Positions 26,001-41,000 of a stretch of 64,000 nucleotides of DNA are shown one piece after another; the first letter of the stretch is position 1; every line of letters begins with the position of its first letter. The notes under the pieces are model-generated. The model was not told the origin of the DNA. It saw nothing but the letters and a program-made list of their open reading frames with translations, and did not search any database. The DNA is from Lytechinus pictus. Lineage: Eukaryota. The stretch is from NCBI RefSeq assembly GCF_037042905.1, contig NC_087250.1, positions 5,768,001 through 5,832,000 on the forward strand. Direction: 5' to 3'. The translations under genes and the position numbers were made by a program.

Positions 26001-29000
26001 GACTCGTCAGAGGAGGCAGACTCCCCCCCCCCGTAGGTACACTAGTGGCCAGCGGTATAAGATTTATCCGAAAATAAAAATGAAGAGAAACAGGGAAGGA
26101 AATTGAGCTATTAGTTTCTGATTATACAGAGCACAAACAAAATTAAACGACACGTCTAAATGTCATGCAACCTGTTTAATGACACGGACTTCCGATTTTT
26201 AGTAGGCAACAAGACATTTGCTCCGGCGACAATTAGTCGGGGCTTTATTTTGTCTGTGATATAGAGTTAGGGTTGCGACATTTTTGTTTTGTTTTAAGAT
26301 AAGGATATGGTATAGGGTTACATCAAGGGTTGAAGTTGATCGTTCCAATAATGTGTGTAATTGGCGGCGGAGCAATTGTCATGGAATATTTTATCAAAGA
26401 AAATTTAAACAAATGTTTTTAAAGGAAACAAACATGGGTGTAGTCTGCCATTTAGTGTGTACATTAATAGCTACACTGTTAGAAAATGTATCCTTATTAA
26501 TAAAAGAAGTTCCAGCAGCAGAGTCTCGAGAACACCTGTAATCTTACCAGGTTATATTATATCATATAAAATTACAGGAAATTGGTATTTGGTGTATGGA
26601 ACCTTACAAATTTCCTTAAGTAAAGCATCCTTTTCCCCTTTCTAAATAGACCTGTTCAGTTAAATTGCAGAAAAATTCCTGTTTTATGAATTTACAGAAT
26701 GATTCTGTTTATTGCTTTCTGCAAAATCTACTTTTTTCCTTTAAAATCAGGGGGTTGACAGTGTAGTCTTACAATACACCTCAGTTTCAAATATCTATTA
26801 CAAATTACATCGTAAAAACTATGGTTACACTTCGTAATTCCGAAGGTTCGTAATTCCGAAGGTTCTTTATTCCGAAGGTTCGTAATTCCGAAACACGTAA
26901 ATTGCCTATACCTCGATGTTCGTTAATCCGAAAACGTAAAAGGGTTCGTTAATCCGAACATTTGTGGCGTTATTCCGAAGGTTCGTTATTCCGAAGGTTC
27001 GATAATCCGAAAACGAAATAAGGTTCGATGTTCCGAAGGTTCGTTAATCCGAAAACGAAATAAGGTTCGTTGTTCCGAAGGTTCGTTAATCCCAAAACGA
27101 AATAAGGTTCGTTGTTCCGAAGGTTCGTTAGTCCGAAAACGAAATAAGGTTAGTTAATCACATTCAGTTTTCGGACTAACGAACCTTCGGAATTACGAAC
27201 CTCATTTCTTTTTCGGATTAACAAACCTTCGGAATTACGAACCTCACTTCGTTTTCGGACTAACGAACCTTCGGAATTACGAACCTCATTTCGTTTTCGG
27301 ACTAACGAACCTTCGGAATAACGAACCTTCGGAATATCCGAACCTTCGGAATAACGAAGCTTCGGAATTACGAAGGTATGCGAAAACGGTTGGGTTAGAT
27401 TTTTACCAGCACGAGGGTAATTATGTGTCCAACCGATTTGGGGCAGTATTTTACCCAATGCGGGAAGCATATTGCCCAGTAAGGTTAAAAAATAAGCAGC
27501 AAATATTTTAGAACGGGAATTTTTTTTCATCACACTGGATAAATAAAAAATACCCAAAAGAAATACCCAATGTTGGTTGGACGCATAATTACCCTCATGG
27601 AGCACTTTTACCCAATGTCTTTTTAGAGTGTTGCTTTGAAGACATATTTTAACGGCCAATATTTTTTCTTCTTCTTCTTCTTTCCACATTTTGATATGAT
27701 TGATTCCAACGTGTATTTGTTATGGCCCTGGCAAGCAGGGGTGCTGCGTGTATTATTTACCATAGGCAGCACTCCTCGAAATCTGGTTGGTATGCTGAAT
27801 AAAGGACATTTCATCAGAATCACGTTCATTTTGTTACGACCCCCCCTTTTCTTGGGGGGGGGGGGAGGGGGCTTGTCAAATTTCTCCTGTACCAAAATCA
27901 CCTTCACGTCTTTATGTGTCGCGATACCCATATTATTTTTGGGGGCTTGCCAAATTTTATCCAGCACCCCCTTTAAAGAAAAAAAGTTCCCATCCATGCA
28001 GGCCCCTGATATTTGTCCACCTCATGCAAGAACTGCAGTGGTGTTAACCGGTGTACATAGAGGACCACACCAGTTATTTTACACCGGTGTTAAATTGGTG
28101 GTGTTAGTTTTACACCTACAGGTGTTATTACAACACCTATGGTTGTTATATTTACACTCTTTGGTGTTATGTTCAATCTCTAGGGTGTTATTTTAACACC
28201 TCAGGGTGTGGTCCTCTATTAACACCAATTGATGTCAGTTTTAACACCACAGTTTTTACAGTGTAGGCCCGTATTCTGAAGTCAGGTTTAACTTAGACCA
28301 TGGTCTAACTCTGTGCTAAAATTATGGGAAGCCGAAAGTGTCAAAACTTTTATTAATTCGTATGCTTCTTATGTTTACTGTGCTCTTTCCTGATTCATCG
28401 ATGGTGAAGACAATCGTCTATTTATGCTTCCTAGACAATTATGAATGATTTGAGAGCCAAATGAGCTGAAATATGATACCTCTACCGTTAGTGATTTATG
28501 TAACAATTGGCTTTCCATACTTAAACCACAACTTTGAATCTGAGTTTGAATTAAACCCGACTTCAGAATACGGGCCATAGTATTCAAACATAATTATATA
28601 GATTTACAAATTTAGATGATTTGAGAGAGACTTGATGAAAATAGTAATAATGAGAATAGTAATAATAATAATAATAATAATCATCATCATCATCATCACC
28701 ATAATCAGTATAGCGCACGTATCCACCTGTAGGTGCTCAAGGCGCTCTTATAGTGCCTCGATGATAACAAGAGTCTATTCACACTGCAAACACTCCGGTG
28801 TTGATTTAACACCTGACCGGAATCTATATATGTCCACACCAGAGAAGTATTGCAACAACACCAGTTTGGAATCATAGCCATGCTGTTTTAATTTTAATTG
28901 GTGTTGTATCTGGTAACCAAACTGGTGTAGTTTAACACTTCTCTGGTGTGGACATATATAGATTCTGGGCTGGTGTTAAATCAACACCGGTGTTTGCAGT

Positions 29001-32000
29001 GCACTGGACGGTCTATCCACCCTTACTGTGTGCATACAGAAACCGTGACGTCCTTTTAACCATCAACAACCTAACCTCGGGTTTGACCAATTCGAGTCCT
29101 CTGGCGATTCTGGAATGTTTTACGGACATTGGACCCAACATATGCTTGGTAATATTTCACAGCAAAAACTGTGGTGTTAACCGGTGTACATAGAGAACCA
29201 CACCAGTTATTTTACACCGGTGTTTAATTGGTGGTGTTAGTTTTACACCTATGATGTTATTACAACACATATGGTTGTTACATTTACAATCTTTGGTGTT
29301 ATGTTCAATCTCTAGCGTGTAATTTTAACACCTCAGGGTGTGGTCCTCTATTAACACCAATTGGTGTCAGTTTTAACACCACAGTTTTTACAGTGTTGAT
29401 TTACTTTTTAATTTCTTGAATCCTTAATCCTCAGTTTTATTATTAAAAAGGGTATTTTTTAATGAAAAACGTACATACGATCAGGCGGATCAGCTTCTCC
29501 AGGGACCCATGCCATAAAAAAAGTTGTTATGATAGCAACTCTTGCTGGAATGTCAACTACCATTACACCAATGAATATTCTGTTTCCTGATATGAAAGTT
29601 TACATTCCGTCAAGAGTTGCTATCATAACAAATATATGAAATAGGACCCAGGTGAATATAAATTGCAATAAAATAGAATTTACCCAGAAAACGAAACAAA
29701 AAATCGGGCAATTAATATTTTATGACACGCATGGCCGTATGCGTACGCAGCAGAAACTTACTTTTTTTCTGGAAACTTTCACACAATTTATCAAAGTGTC
29801 AACTAAATATCCTCTATGACAAGCTCGTACGCCTCGCTCCCTGGCTTTTGAAATTCTCCAACAATTTTACGCGTCTTGCCCCCCCCCCCCGAAAAAAAAT
29901 CTGACTACTGCCATATGATCACGCGACACTTATATATAATATTTCGTGAATGTTTTAAGCTATTATGAAACCGTGAAAACGGAATAGAGGCTAGAATTCC
30001 TGCCACATTGCATAGGTCTATGGGGAATTAAGTTTGGTACTTGCATGCAAATCATTTGAGAAACAAATTTTGAAAAAAAAATTATGTTATTCCTTGATGG
30101 ATCTCTAATTCTTTTGCTTTTACTGAATCTAAAACCACTATGAGAACGGGGTGAAATTTCCTCTCTTTTTACTGCATATCCTAATATGTTCATACAGACC
30201 ATTTTTCTTATTTTTTTTAATTTCGCCGATCCCCGTGTCAATGGAGTTACTTTCGTTTCATTTTGAATACGCATCCTGATATGTTCATACAGACCTTTAG
30301 AAACTTTTATTTTCTATTTGGCTAATCCTTGTCCCAATGGGGTTACTTTCATGTTATTTTTACTCTTCTGTCTTTGTTTCCTTTTACTCTTATTTTCATT
30401 GTCAGGTGGTTGAGCGGAACGGAAATGAAACGTGGCTGTTTGCTTTTCATCTAGACGAAGAAGGTACAACTTGACTTTACCATAGATATCAAATAAATGG
30501 ATGGGGCATCTTAATTAAAGGTCAAGTCCACTCCAGAAAAATGTTGATTTGAATAAATAGAACAAAAGTCAAACTAGCAAAAAGCTGAAAATTTCAGCAA
30601 AATCAGATGTAAAATAAGAAAGTTATGACACTTAAAAGTTTTACTTATTTTCACAAAACAGTGATATACAAAACTCAAATGAGACAGTCGATGATGTCCC
30701 TCACTCACAATTCTTTTGTTTCTGTAATTGTTTTAATTATACAATATTTGATTTTTTAACAGATTCGACAACGTGACTGAATCATATAGTATTTAACAAT
30801 GCCCATTTTACATGTTCAGGGAGGAATTAATCGTTGTTTCACTTGACAATGAAGGCAAAAATAGAAAATTCCCTATTTCATGTAATAAAATACGAAAGAA
30901 GTAGTGAGTGGATGACGTCATCTGTCCAGTCTCCTCATTTGCATACCTACCAGGATGTGCATATAACTGTTTTGTGAAATTAAGCGAAACTTTAAAATGT
31001 CATAACTTTCTTGTTTTACATCCGATTTTGATGAAATTTTCAGTGTTATGCTTGTTGGATTGTTCTCTTTCTACATGTATTCGAAACAATTTTTGTTGGG
31101 GTGGACTTGTCCTTTAAAGTGATTGTTTAACATTGGTTTGACTTTAAAAAAATCTGAGCTAGAAGGTCACACATGTCACCAGTGTCTGTGATATGTTACA
31201 AAAATGAAGCCCAGAAAAAATTGCGCTCGAAAATAATTATTTAGTGCTTCAAAAATTGAAATATAAAATGACCAGAAACACCACCTTAATTTCATCCCAT
31301 ACACTTATGTGTATTATTTAGGCGTCTAGTAGACGCCTATTTACAAAATCGGGGTTTGCCTTGTATTTTTAGCTTTTCTTTCTCAATAATGGTTGTTTTC
31401 AGGGTTTATAAGTTCTAATACATGCACTTGTACACATGTTTCATCTTGGTTTAAGAATTTTTAAATCGGCTGCTCACAAAGTTAAACAATACCTTTAACC
31501 ATTATACCGTTGGCGTTAATGGGCAGCTGGCACCGTCCGCAGTGCGTGCGTTTGTCAAATAGCCCCATCTGAATCCGGGGGGCGTGCACCTAATTTAAAC
31601 GAGCGCGTTGAGCTCTATCCAGCTTGTTGATATCGATGTAATTCACTTCTTAATATTTTCATGAACTACAGGGTAACTTTATAAAAAAAGAAGTTATGTT
31701 TAAAGAAGTCATTTTTAAAAGAAAATATGGAGGATTATAATCAGGAGGTGTTGTAAAAGTTTTCTCTATCAGCAAAAAAAAAATTCTTTGTCCGTGCGTA
31801 ATGCCGATCACTGAACATCTCCTTACACTGTAAATTAGAAACCGTCTTATTTCCAAATAATAAATCTCTTTTTTGCGTGATGCCTTTTGTCATTTTTTCA
31901 GCCTTTATGATCTCGTGTAAATGCAGTTTAGGTGGTGTTTTAATATCAATACAATATATTCATGAATCGTGTAATTCTATTTTTGTTGGTATTTTCATTC

Positions 32001-35000
32001 AGATATGAATTTTGATCAAGTCTGGAGAGAGCCGTAGCAAGATAGATGACCAAGACTGGGACCTATCTTGCTACGGCCAGATCACTTGATCATGACGCCC
32101 CCCCCCCCACCTTTAAGAAAGTTCTTTGACATTTTAAGCCCGTTGTTTAAACCGTATATCTATCAACTATTGTTTAAAGTTTCAAAAAAGTGGTTTCAAA
32201 GCGTATAAACAATTTCAAAGAGTTTAATCAATTGCGGACAAAATTAAACATCTTGTTAGAGTGATGGGCTTTACACAATATGCTTATAATTCATTCTAAA
32301 TGGCGTTTTTTTCAGTGAGTGTTATAGAAGATGATTTTTTTTACTTCTCAGGCAATCGACCGATCGTCAAGGAGCTCTTCACCCATAAGTTCGACCATCA
32401 CGTCAGGACGTTTACTTTTCTCGTGATAATTCCTCCCGAGGCAGCGTTCGATGTGGCTGCTCAGTATGCGTACGAATCTTCCGCACCCGTCCAGATAATA
32501 CTCAAAGAAGATGACCATTACATGGAGATCGATACCGAGAAGGCGACCTTTGTGCCAGCATCGCGTAAGTTTTATCATATAATAATAATAACAATTTTAT
32601 ATACCGCAAAATCGCAAAATTGCCTCTAAGCGGTTAAGAGAAAGGAAAATGAAGTATAAAGGAAATAGAAATACTTTGCACAACAAAATGTATCAAAACT
32701 AATATTACAATTTACAACTTTGTCACCAGATCATGAATAAAGAAATACCATGAAGTTTTGAATAATTGAATTTAATTGATTAACTAATAAATGATAATAT
32801 TAATAATGATGTGACTTATAAAGCGCCAAATCCACTCTGTGGAGTGCTCAAGGTGCATAAAAAGCTAGGAGTTAAATAAAAAAAGTGTTTAGAAGATTTT
32901 TTTAAGTTTCAAAAGAGGTACATCTTTTTATGTCTTCAGGAAGGCTATTCCACAAAGTGGGGCATGCAAAAACAAATGATCTTCCCCCAAGTTTTCGAAA
33001 TCTTAGGAATAACAAGGAAGCCAGAAGTGGATAAGGGCAAACACCTGAATTTATTTTCATATTTCACAACAAAGCATATAATGACATAATACAAAAAATA
33101 CATTTGATACATACAGAATACAGAAGATGATGAAAATGGCAGTTAATAAAAGAGAAATATGAAGGAACCTGCATAAAAAGCGGAGCTTGTAGTGTCTGCA
33201 GGTTCCTTGAAGTTCAAGGCCACCCCAGAAAAAAGTTGATTTGAATGAAGAGAGAAAAATCAAACATGAATAACGATCAAAACTTTAGCAAATCCGGATG
33301 TAAAATAAAAAAAAGTTATATGACATTTAAAAGTTACTTCTGTATCACGTGGAGTCGGTGTATTATATAAGGTCAGATCATTTATTCCTCGCCAAACATT
33401 ATTTACTGTATATAATTCTATCATTCTATCAGGTGAATGGGTACCCGGCAGGAGTAATTCCTTGCATGCACTGAGCGCCGGTGATGGTAGCTCGAGCTAA
33501 AGCCGGGGTAATAATAGCAGCGCTTTGTATCCTCTGGCAAAAAGCGCTTTATAAATCCAACTATTATTATTATTATTATTATCATACTGCCTTATATTTC
33601 ATATTGTAATGTTGTATGGGCTTGTCAAAAAACAAAAATCAACTCTTTATTTCTTCTTCACAAAAAAGCTGTTCGTATCTGTACAAACTCAGACTATCGA
33701 GCTCATTCAAACCCATTGTTCCATAAGGTGAGAACCCTAACCATACATGACATTCATTACCTTCATGACCTTTAAATTGCTCTTTTCATGTACAGATTCC
33801 AAATCCGCGAACTTCCAGACAACCTTTTAAAAATGTTCCGTTTCAATACATCTATTCATAATTACCCAACCCGAACCTTTACAAATATTCATTTAGAAAA
33901 CCCAAGAACAGCTCTTTCCCATAGATCTATTCGACATACTGGCCCTGAAATTTGGAATTCTCTTTCTATCTATATTCGTTCGTGCCAAACGAAAAATTCC
34001 TTTAAGAGGCAAGTTAAAAATTTCCTTCTTTCAAAATATGAAACACAAGGCTGATAATAATGCCATGTATATTGTATTACCATTACATGGTTACATAATA
34101 TACCACCACACATATGTAATTCCTTTTTTGCTATATTATTTGTGATTGTTATACAAACAAAATACCTCACCAACGAGTCTTCGTTATCAAAACATGATGT
34201 CTTGTATTTCATATATTGTTAGAACTCTCTTCATGTTTCTCTCTTTCTATTCAGTTCTTTCTTTCCCACTCTGTTTTTTCACCCTCACTCTATCTCTCTT
34301 GCTCTTCTTTTAACTCTTAGTTGATGTTCGCATCATTTAATGTATTATTTTAGCCAATGTATAATTATCTATCTTTGCATTTTTTTTTCTTGGAACATCA
34401 TTCTGAAGCTCATATATGACTGATTATACTAATATGAATATTATGTAATGTTGAAAATGATGTATATATATATATGAATAAAATCAAATCATATCAATCA
34501 AATCAAATCAAAACAGTTCTATGCTCAACTCAGTGATATGCAAATGAGAGAGTAGATGATGTCACTCACTATTTCTTTTGTTTTTTTATTGTTTGAATAA
34601 TACAATATTTCAATTTTTACGAATTCGACAATTAGGACCCCCTTGCTTGAACCACAAAATTTTAAAATAATGGAATTACAAGTGATCAGGGAGGAATGAA
34701 ACACTGTGAAGACAGAATGAACACACTGTGGATACACTCTGAACACACTGCGAACACAATCTGAACACACTGTGAACACACTGTAAACACAATCTAAACA
34801 CACTATGAATACTCTTTGAACACACTGTAAACACAATCTAAACACACTATGAATACTCTTTGAACACATTCTGAACACACTGTGAACACAATCTGAACAC
34901 ACTGTAAACACAATCTGAACACACTCTGAACACACTGTAAACACAATCTGAACACACTCTGAACACACTGTAAACACAATCTGAACACACTCTGAACACA

Positions 35001-38000
35001 CTGTAAACACACTGTAAACACAATCTAAACACACTATGAATACTCTTTGAAAACACTGTGAATACACTGTAAACACAATCGGAACACACTATGAATACTC
35101 TTTGAACACACTGTAAACACAATCTGAACACACCATGAATACTCTTTGAACACACGGTGAACATACTGTAAACACAATCTGAACACACTATGAATACTCT
35201 TTGAACACACTGTAAACACAATCTGAACACACTATGAATACTCTTTGAACACACGGTGAACACACTGTAAATACAATCTGAACACACTCTGAATACTCTT
35301 TGAACACACTGTGAACACACTGTAAACACACTATGAATTCTCTTTGAACACACTGTAAACACAATCTAAACACACTATGAATACTCTTTGAACACACTGT
35401 GAACACACTGTAAACACAATCTGAACACACTATGAATACTATTTGAACACACGGTGAACACAATCTGAACACACTATGAATACTCTTTGAACACACGGTG
35501 AACACACTGTAAACACAATCTGAACACACTATGAATACTCTTTGAACACACGGTGAACACAATCTGAACACACTATGAATACTCTTTGAACACACGGTGA
35601 ACACACTGTAAACACAATCTGAACACACTATGAATACTCTTTGAACACACGGTGAACACACTGTAAATACAATCTGAACACACTCTGAATACTCTTTGAA
35701 CACACTGTAAACACACTATGAATACTCTTTGAACACACGGTGAACACACTGTAAACACAATCTGAACACACTATGAATACTCTTTGAACACACTGTGAAC
35801 ACACTGTAAACACAATCCGAACACACTATGAATACTCTTTGAACACACTGTAAACACAATTTGAACACACTATGAATATTCTTTGAACACACTCTGAACA
35901 CACTGTAAACACAATCTGAACACACTATGAATACTCTTTGAACACACGGTGAACACACTGTAAACACAATCTGAACACACTATGAATACTCTTTGAACAC
36001 ACTGTAAACACAATCTGAACACACTATGAATACTCTTTGAACACACGGTGAACACACTGTAAACACAATCTGAACACACTATGAATACTCTTTGAACACA
36101 CTGTGAACACACTGTAAACACAATCTAAACACACTATGAATACTCTTTGAACACACTGTGAACACACTGTAAACACAATCTAAACACACTATGAATACTC
36201 TTTGAACACACGGTGAACACACTGTAAACACAATCTGAACACACTATGAATACTCTTTGAACACACTGTGAACACACTGTAAACACAATCTAAACACACT
36301 ATGAATACTCTTTGAACACACTGTAAACACAATCTAAACACACTATGAATACTCTTTGAACACATTCTGAACACACTGTGAACACAATCTGAACAAACTG
36401 TAAACACAATCTGAACACACTCTGAACACACTGTAAACACAATCTGAACACACTCTGAACACACTGTAAACACACTGTAAACACACTGTAAACACAATCT
36501 AAACACACTATGAATACTCTTTGAAAACACTGTGAATACACTGTAAACACAATCTGAACACACTATGAATACTCTTTGAACACACTGTAAACACAATCTG
36601 AACACACCATGAATACTCTTTGAACACACGGTGAACACACTGTAAACACAATCTAAACACACTATGAATACTCTTTGAACACACGGTGAGCACACTGTAA
36701 ACACAATCTGAACACACTATGAATACTCTTTGAACACACTCTGAACACACTGTAAACACAATCTAAACACACTTTGAATACTCTTTGAACACACTATGAA
36801 TACTCTTTGAACACAATGTGAACATTGTGAATACACTGTATTCTTTCCAGTAGTTATTAATCTAACGATGTCACGATGGGCAATCGACAACCCTTGAAAG
36901 TTGTGTTTCCAATATACATAGCGTATGTTTATCCATTTTTATATCCCTAGCTTTTGCAGAACGTGTACCAAGGACCTTTAAAAGCACATTTGGTTTTGCA
37001 TTTTTAAGAACCGTTTGTAATAAAAATACAGAGAATGTTTTATTTCATTTTATTTCACAGACAAATATTAGACCAAAGTGATGTCTATGTTGTATTGGGT
37101 AGCGGAAAACAATTCTTCCCCTTTGGAATTTTCTTCCATTTGATTATTTTTATTTGGTTTTTTTTTGTGTGTAATAATGAGCAGAATTCAACCTGCATGA
37201 ATGCCCAATTCTTCCTAAATTCCGTTAATTTTCATTACCCTTTCTGTATTATTGAAAACCGGGCGGACTTGGCCTGCGTATTAGTGTAAAGATGGTAAGG
37301 GGGGGGGGGGTCGGACCATCTCCCCTCCCACTGAATTAAATTTTACAAAGAAAAGGGAGAAAGAAATAAAATTAAAGCGAAAGATTGAAATATATCATTT
37401 TCCGAATATTATGTCAAGATCTATTACATTTATATATTAAAAAGGTCACAATTAATGTTATTTTCTGTTTAGAACTATTGCTGCATGTACCATATCTGGC
37501 CCTCCCAAAAATGAATTCATTGCAAACATTTGTGTTAGGGAGCCCGGGCCTACAAATGAAACAGCAACATTCTATATATATATATATTTATATATTGTTT
37601 TTGCATTGTATCAGAAACTTTAACTTTGAACTTCTACGAAAGAATTGACAAAAGGAATGAGGTCGGCGAAGGGGGCATCCCCGTTGCCATTTCGACATCG
37701 ACGCCGTACCACAACGTCGAGAGGGACGCCGAGTCTGGAAGCTACTGCCACGACCCAATGTGCGTCGAAGGCGTCTCCGAAGGTCCTTTGGGTGTCGTTG
37801 TAAGTTTTACCTCATGTGAGCTCATCAGAGCACACTCTAAAAACAAATCAGTCAAAAATGACTAGGTAATAGGGTCAGCTGGGTGCAACTGTTATTCTAG
37901 TCATATTTGACTATTTTATAGTCGTATTTTACTAGAACATAGTTATTTTGGACTATTTTCAAGTCGTATTTTACTAGAACATAGTTATTTCTGACTAGAA

Positions 38001-41000
38001 TATTTGTCAGAAATGTGACTAGACATATCAGTTGCACCCAGCTGACTACTGGTCTAGTCAATTTGACTGAGTTGTTTTAAGAGTGCATCATTGAGTCATT
38101 TGGGCCCCCTCTTTTCAATATATATTATTTATACCACTTTCAAACTTGTTACTTATCAGGCGCCAGCACCTTTTACAAATTCAGTTCATGCTACATATTT
38201 GTTTTAAGCCCTACATATATTTACCCGGCATCATAATTTTTGTGTACCCCCTTTTTCGCCATAGTGAACGCAAATATGTTTTATTGGTTACCATGCCAAG
38301 CTGTAAAAACTATCTAATTGGTTGAATTTTAATTACATCCAGGGGAGCATTTCATGAAAGGACTTGTCGGACATTTTATCCGACAGTAACCATAGTAACA
38401 ATGCTTCTCAGCCAATCAACATCAAGGAAAGTTGTCAGATCTGACAACTTGTCGAACAAAAATGTTGATGAAACAATCCCCAGGTAGATGTGCATGTTCT
38501 TCTCTTTTAATTATTTAAATTGTATATTTGTATTGCACGGTTTGTGTAGGTGTTTCATTTTTTTTTTTTTTTTGGGGGGGCGAATAATTAATAATAACTT
38601 CTTATTAAACTGTCCTAACTTATCTCTTCGACTTTTAACCTGGTCCCATGAATAAATAACTCGTTTTTTTTTCACCAACTCGTTCCAGCGAAGTACAAGT
38701 TTTACAACTTAATAACTCGTTCACCCAATTTTAGTTTACATTATTCTCTCGACTTGCTAACTTGTTCTCTCGATTTACTTACTCACTCTCACGACCTACC
38801 AACACGTTTCCCCGACTTACTAACTGGTTCTCCCGATTTACAAACTGGTTCTCCCCCTTTACAAACTGGGCCTCCCGAGTTCAACCGCGTAGCCAGGATT
38901 TCATTTTGGAGGGGGCGGTAAATGCACGCAAAGCGTGCCAACACTTACAGAGCGCGCGAAGCGCGCTCCCTAGGGGGTGGGTGCAGGGAGGGGGAGTTTC
39001 CCCCTCCCTCGCGAAGCGCGAAGCTTTCGGTGTTTCATAAATTAAAATGAAAAGAAGCCGTCTCTCTTGTCTCTAGTACCTGTATCAGCTCCAATTCAGT
39101 TGACTCTATTGTGATTTTGAACCTTGTTTTCAAAAGTGATTGTGAACGCACAAAAAGGGATAAAATGGAGGAAATTATAATAATATAATTATTATATAAT
39201 ATATATATAATCATAATTAGCGGAAGCTAATGCATTTTATAATTTTTTGGCAAAGAAAAGGGTCCCGAGAAAAGGGTATTCTCTAAGTCATATTGAATGC
39301 TTCCTTCGAAAAGATCAGATTTTATTACAATTTAGCCACAGTGCATATCTTTAACTCGCAAAACAGAGGATGAAGAAGATATGCCGGAAGGAAGATATTC
39401 TTCCCCGCGCAGAGCAATGAAACTCTGAAATTGTAAAGGTCGGACGTTTCATTACATGCAGATATCTCTATACCCATTGGCTCTAATTCAATTGATTTTC
39501 TAAGATTATTGAACTTCATTACAAGGAAAATACCGCTCAAACTGAAGTTGAAACTTCTGTGATTTATTGAAATTATATGAAAAGGATGATGTATAATATC
39601 TTTGACTAATCTTGAAGCGCTTCATTTGAACGATAAAGAAACTTAAGTGTCATTCAAAATTTCAAACTGAGGGCGCAAAATAGGACAGGAGATAAATGTG
39701 CAGGGAAATGACATGAAATTTATTAGAATTTGATTTTTTTTTTAAATGTTGTACTTTTTTATTTGATACGACACGAATTTTATACCTTTTTTTTAATTTT
39801 TATTAGAAACCTGCTTGCCCCCAAATTATGGTTGTTAAGTAATGAGCTGAAAAGCGGGAGAAGTTGCCTAGTGGAGGTGATGGCAGAAATTGATATAAAG
39901 ATTTGACCCGCCCGGAGTCGACCCGATCAGAAGTTGCGCGATCAATTTGAAAAAAAAAGATAACTTCATACACTTCGGCCTAACCTTACTCTAATTCCAT
40001 GCCCTCATGTATACATTTGAACTTGAACTGGCAAGAATGACGTATAGCTGAGGTGGAACAACAGGGTTAGAGAAAGGGTGAGGGAAACAGAGGAGAACTG
40101 CAATATTGTCATTTATCCGCGCGCAGCGCGGAAGCAAAATTCATATATATAAATTTAGAGCAAGAGTGAAGGAGTTTCTCTTTTTGGAAAAAAAAATTAA
40201 AGAATAAAAGGAAAAACCCACAAAGCTACCTTTCTTCCCTTTTTTCCCTTCGCTTTTCCTTTTCTCCTCTCTTTTTTCCCTTCTTTTTTTTTTCTTTTTG
40301 GGGACGTTTTTTTTTGGGGGGGGGCGACCGCCCCCACCGCCCCCCCCCTGGCTAGGCGCCTGCCCGAGTTACAAACTGGGTCTCCCGATTTACAAACTGG
40401 GTCTCCCGATTTCCTAACTCATTCTCTCCATTTACTAACTCGTTCTTTCGACTTAATACCTAGCTCTCTCCACTTACTAACTCGTTATCATGGTTATCTC
40501 GACCTACTAACTCGTTCTCTCTACTTTCTTTACTTGTTCTCTCGACTTTCCAACTAATTCTCTTGTTCTCTCGATTTACGTACTGGTTCTTAGGACTAAC
40601 CAACGCGTTCTCTCGATTTACTGAACTCGCTCCCTCGACTTACTAACTCGCTCTCTCGACTTACTAACTCGTTATCTCGACCAACTGACTCAATCTCGAC
40701 TTAACTTGTTCTCTCGATTTACTTAATCGTTCTCTTGACTTTCTAAATCTATGGCTTCCCTTTGTAACACATTATCACGGCTAACTTACCGTTCTACCGA
40801 CTTTTGACTCGATCTAGACTCGCTTATTCATTTTCTCGACTTACTGATTCGTCCTCCCGACTTACACTCTAAAAATATATTGGGTAAAAATGCTCCATGA
40901 GGGTAGTTATGTGTTTAACCAACATTTTTGCATTTCTTTTGGACATTTTTATTTATCCAGTGTGATGAATTCCCCCCCCCCCCATTTTAACCCTGCTGGA

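Noticed and set aside
34525..36759. Many Cys/Val-rich ORFs
   Set aside because: Translations of the 11-bp satellite.
37061..37130. Exon-like segment after a strong tttcacag acceptor (ORF 37035-37289)
   Set aside because: In the required phase 1 it reads H-K-Y-stop; exon 5 joins 37615 cleanly without it.
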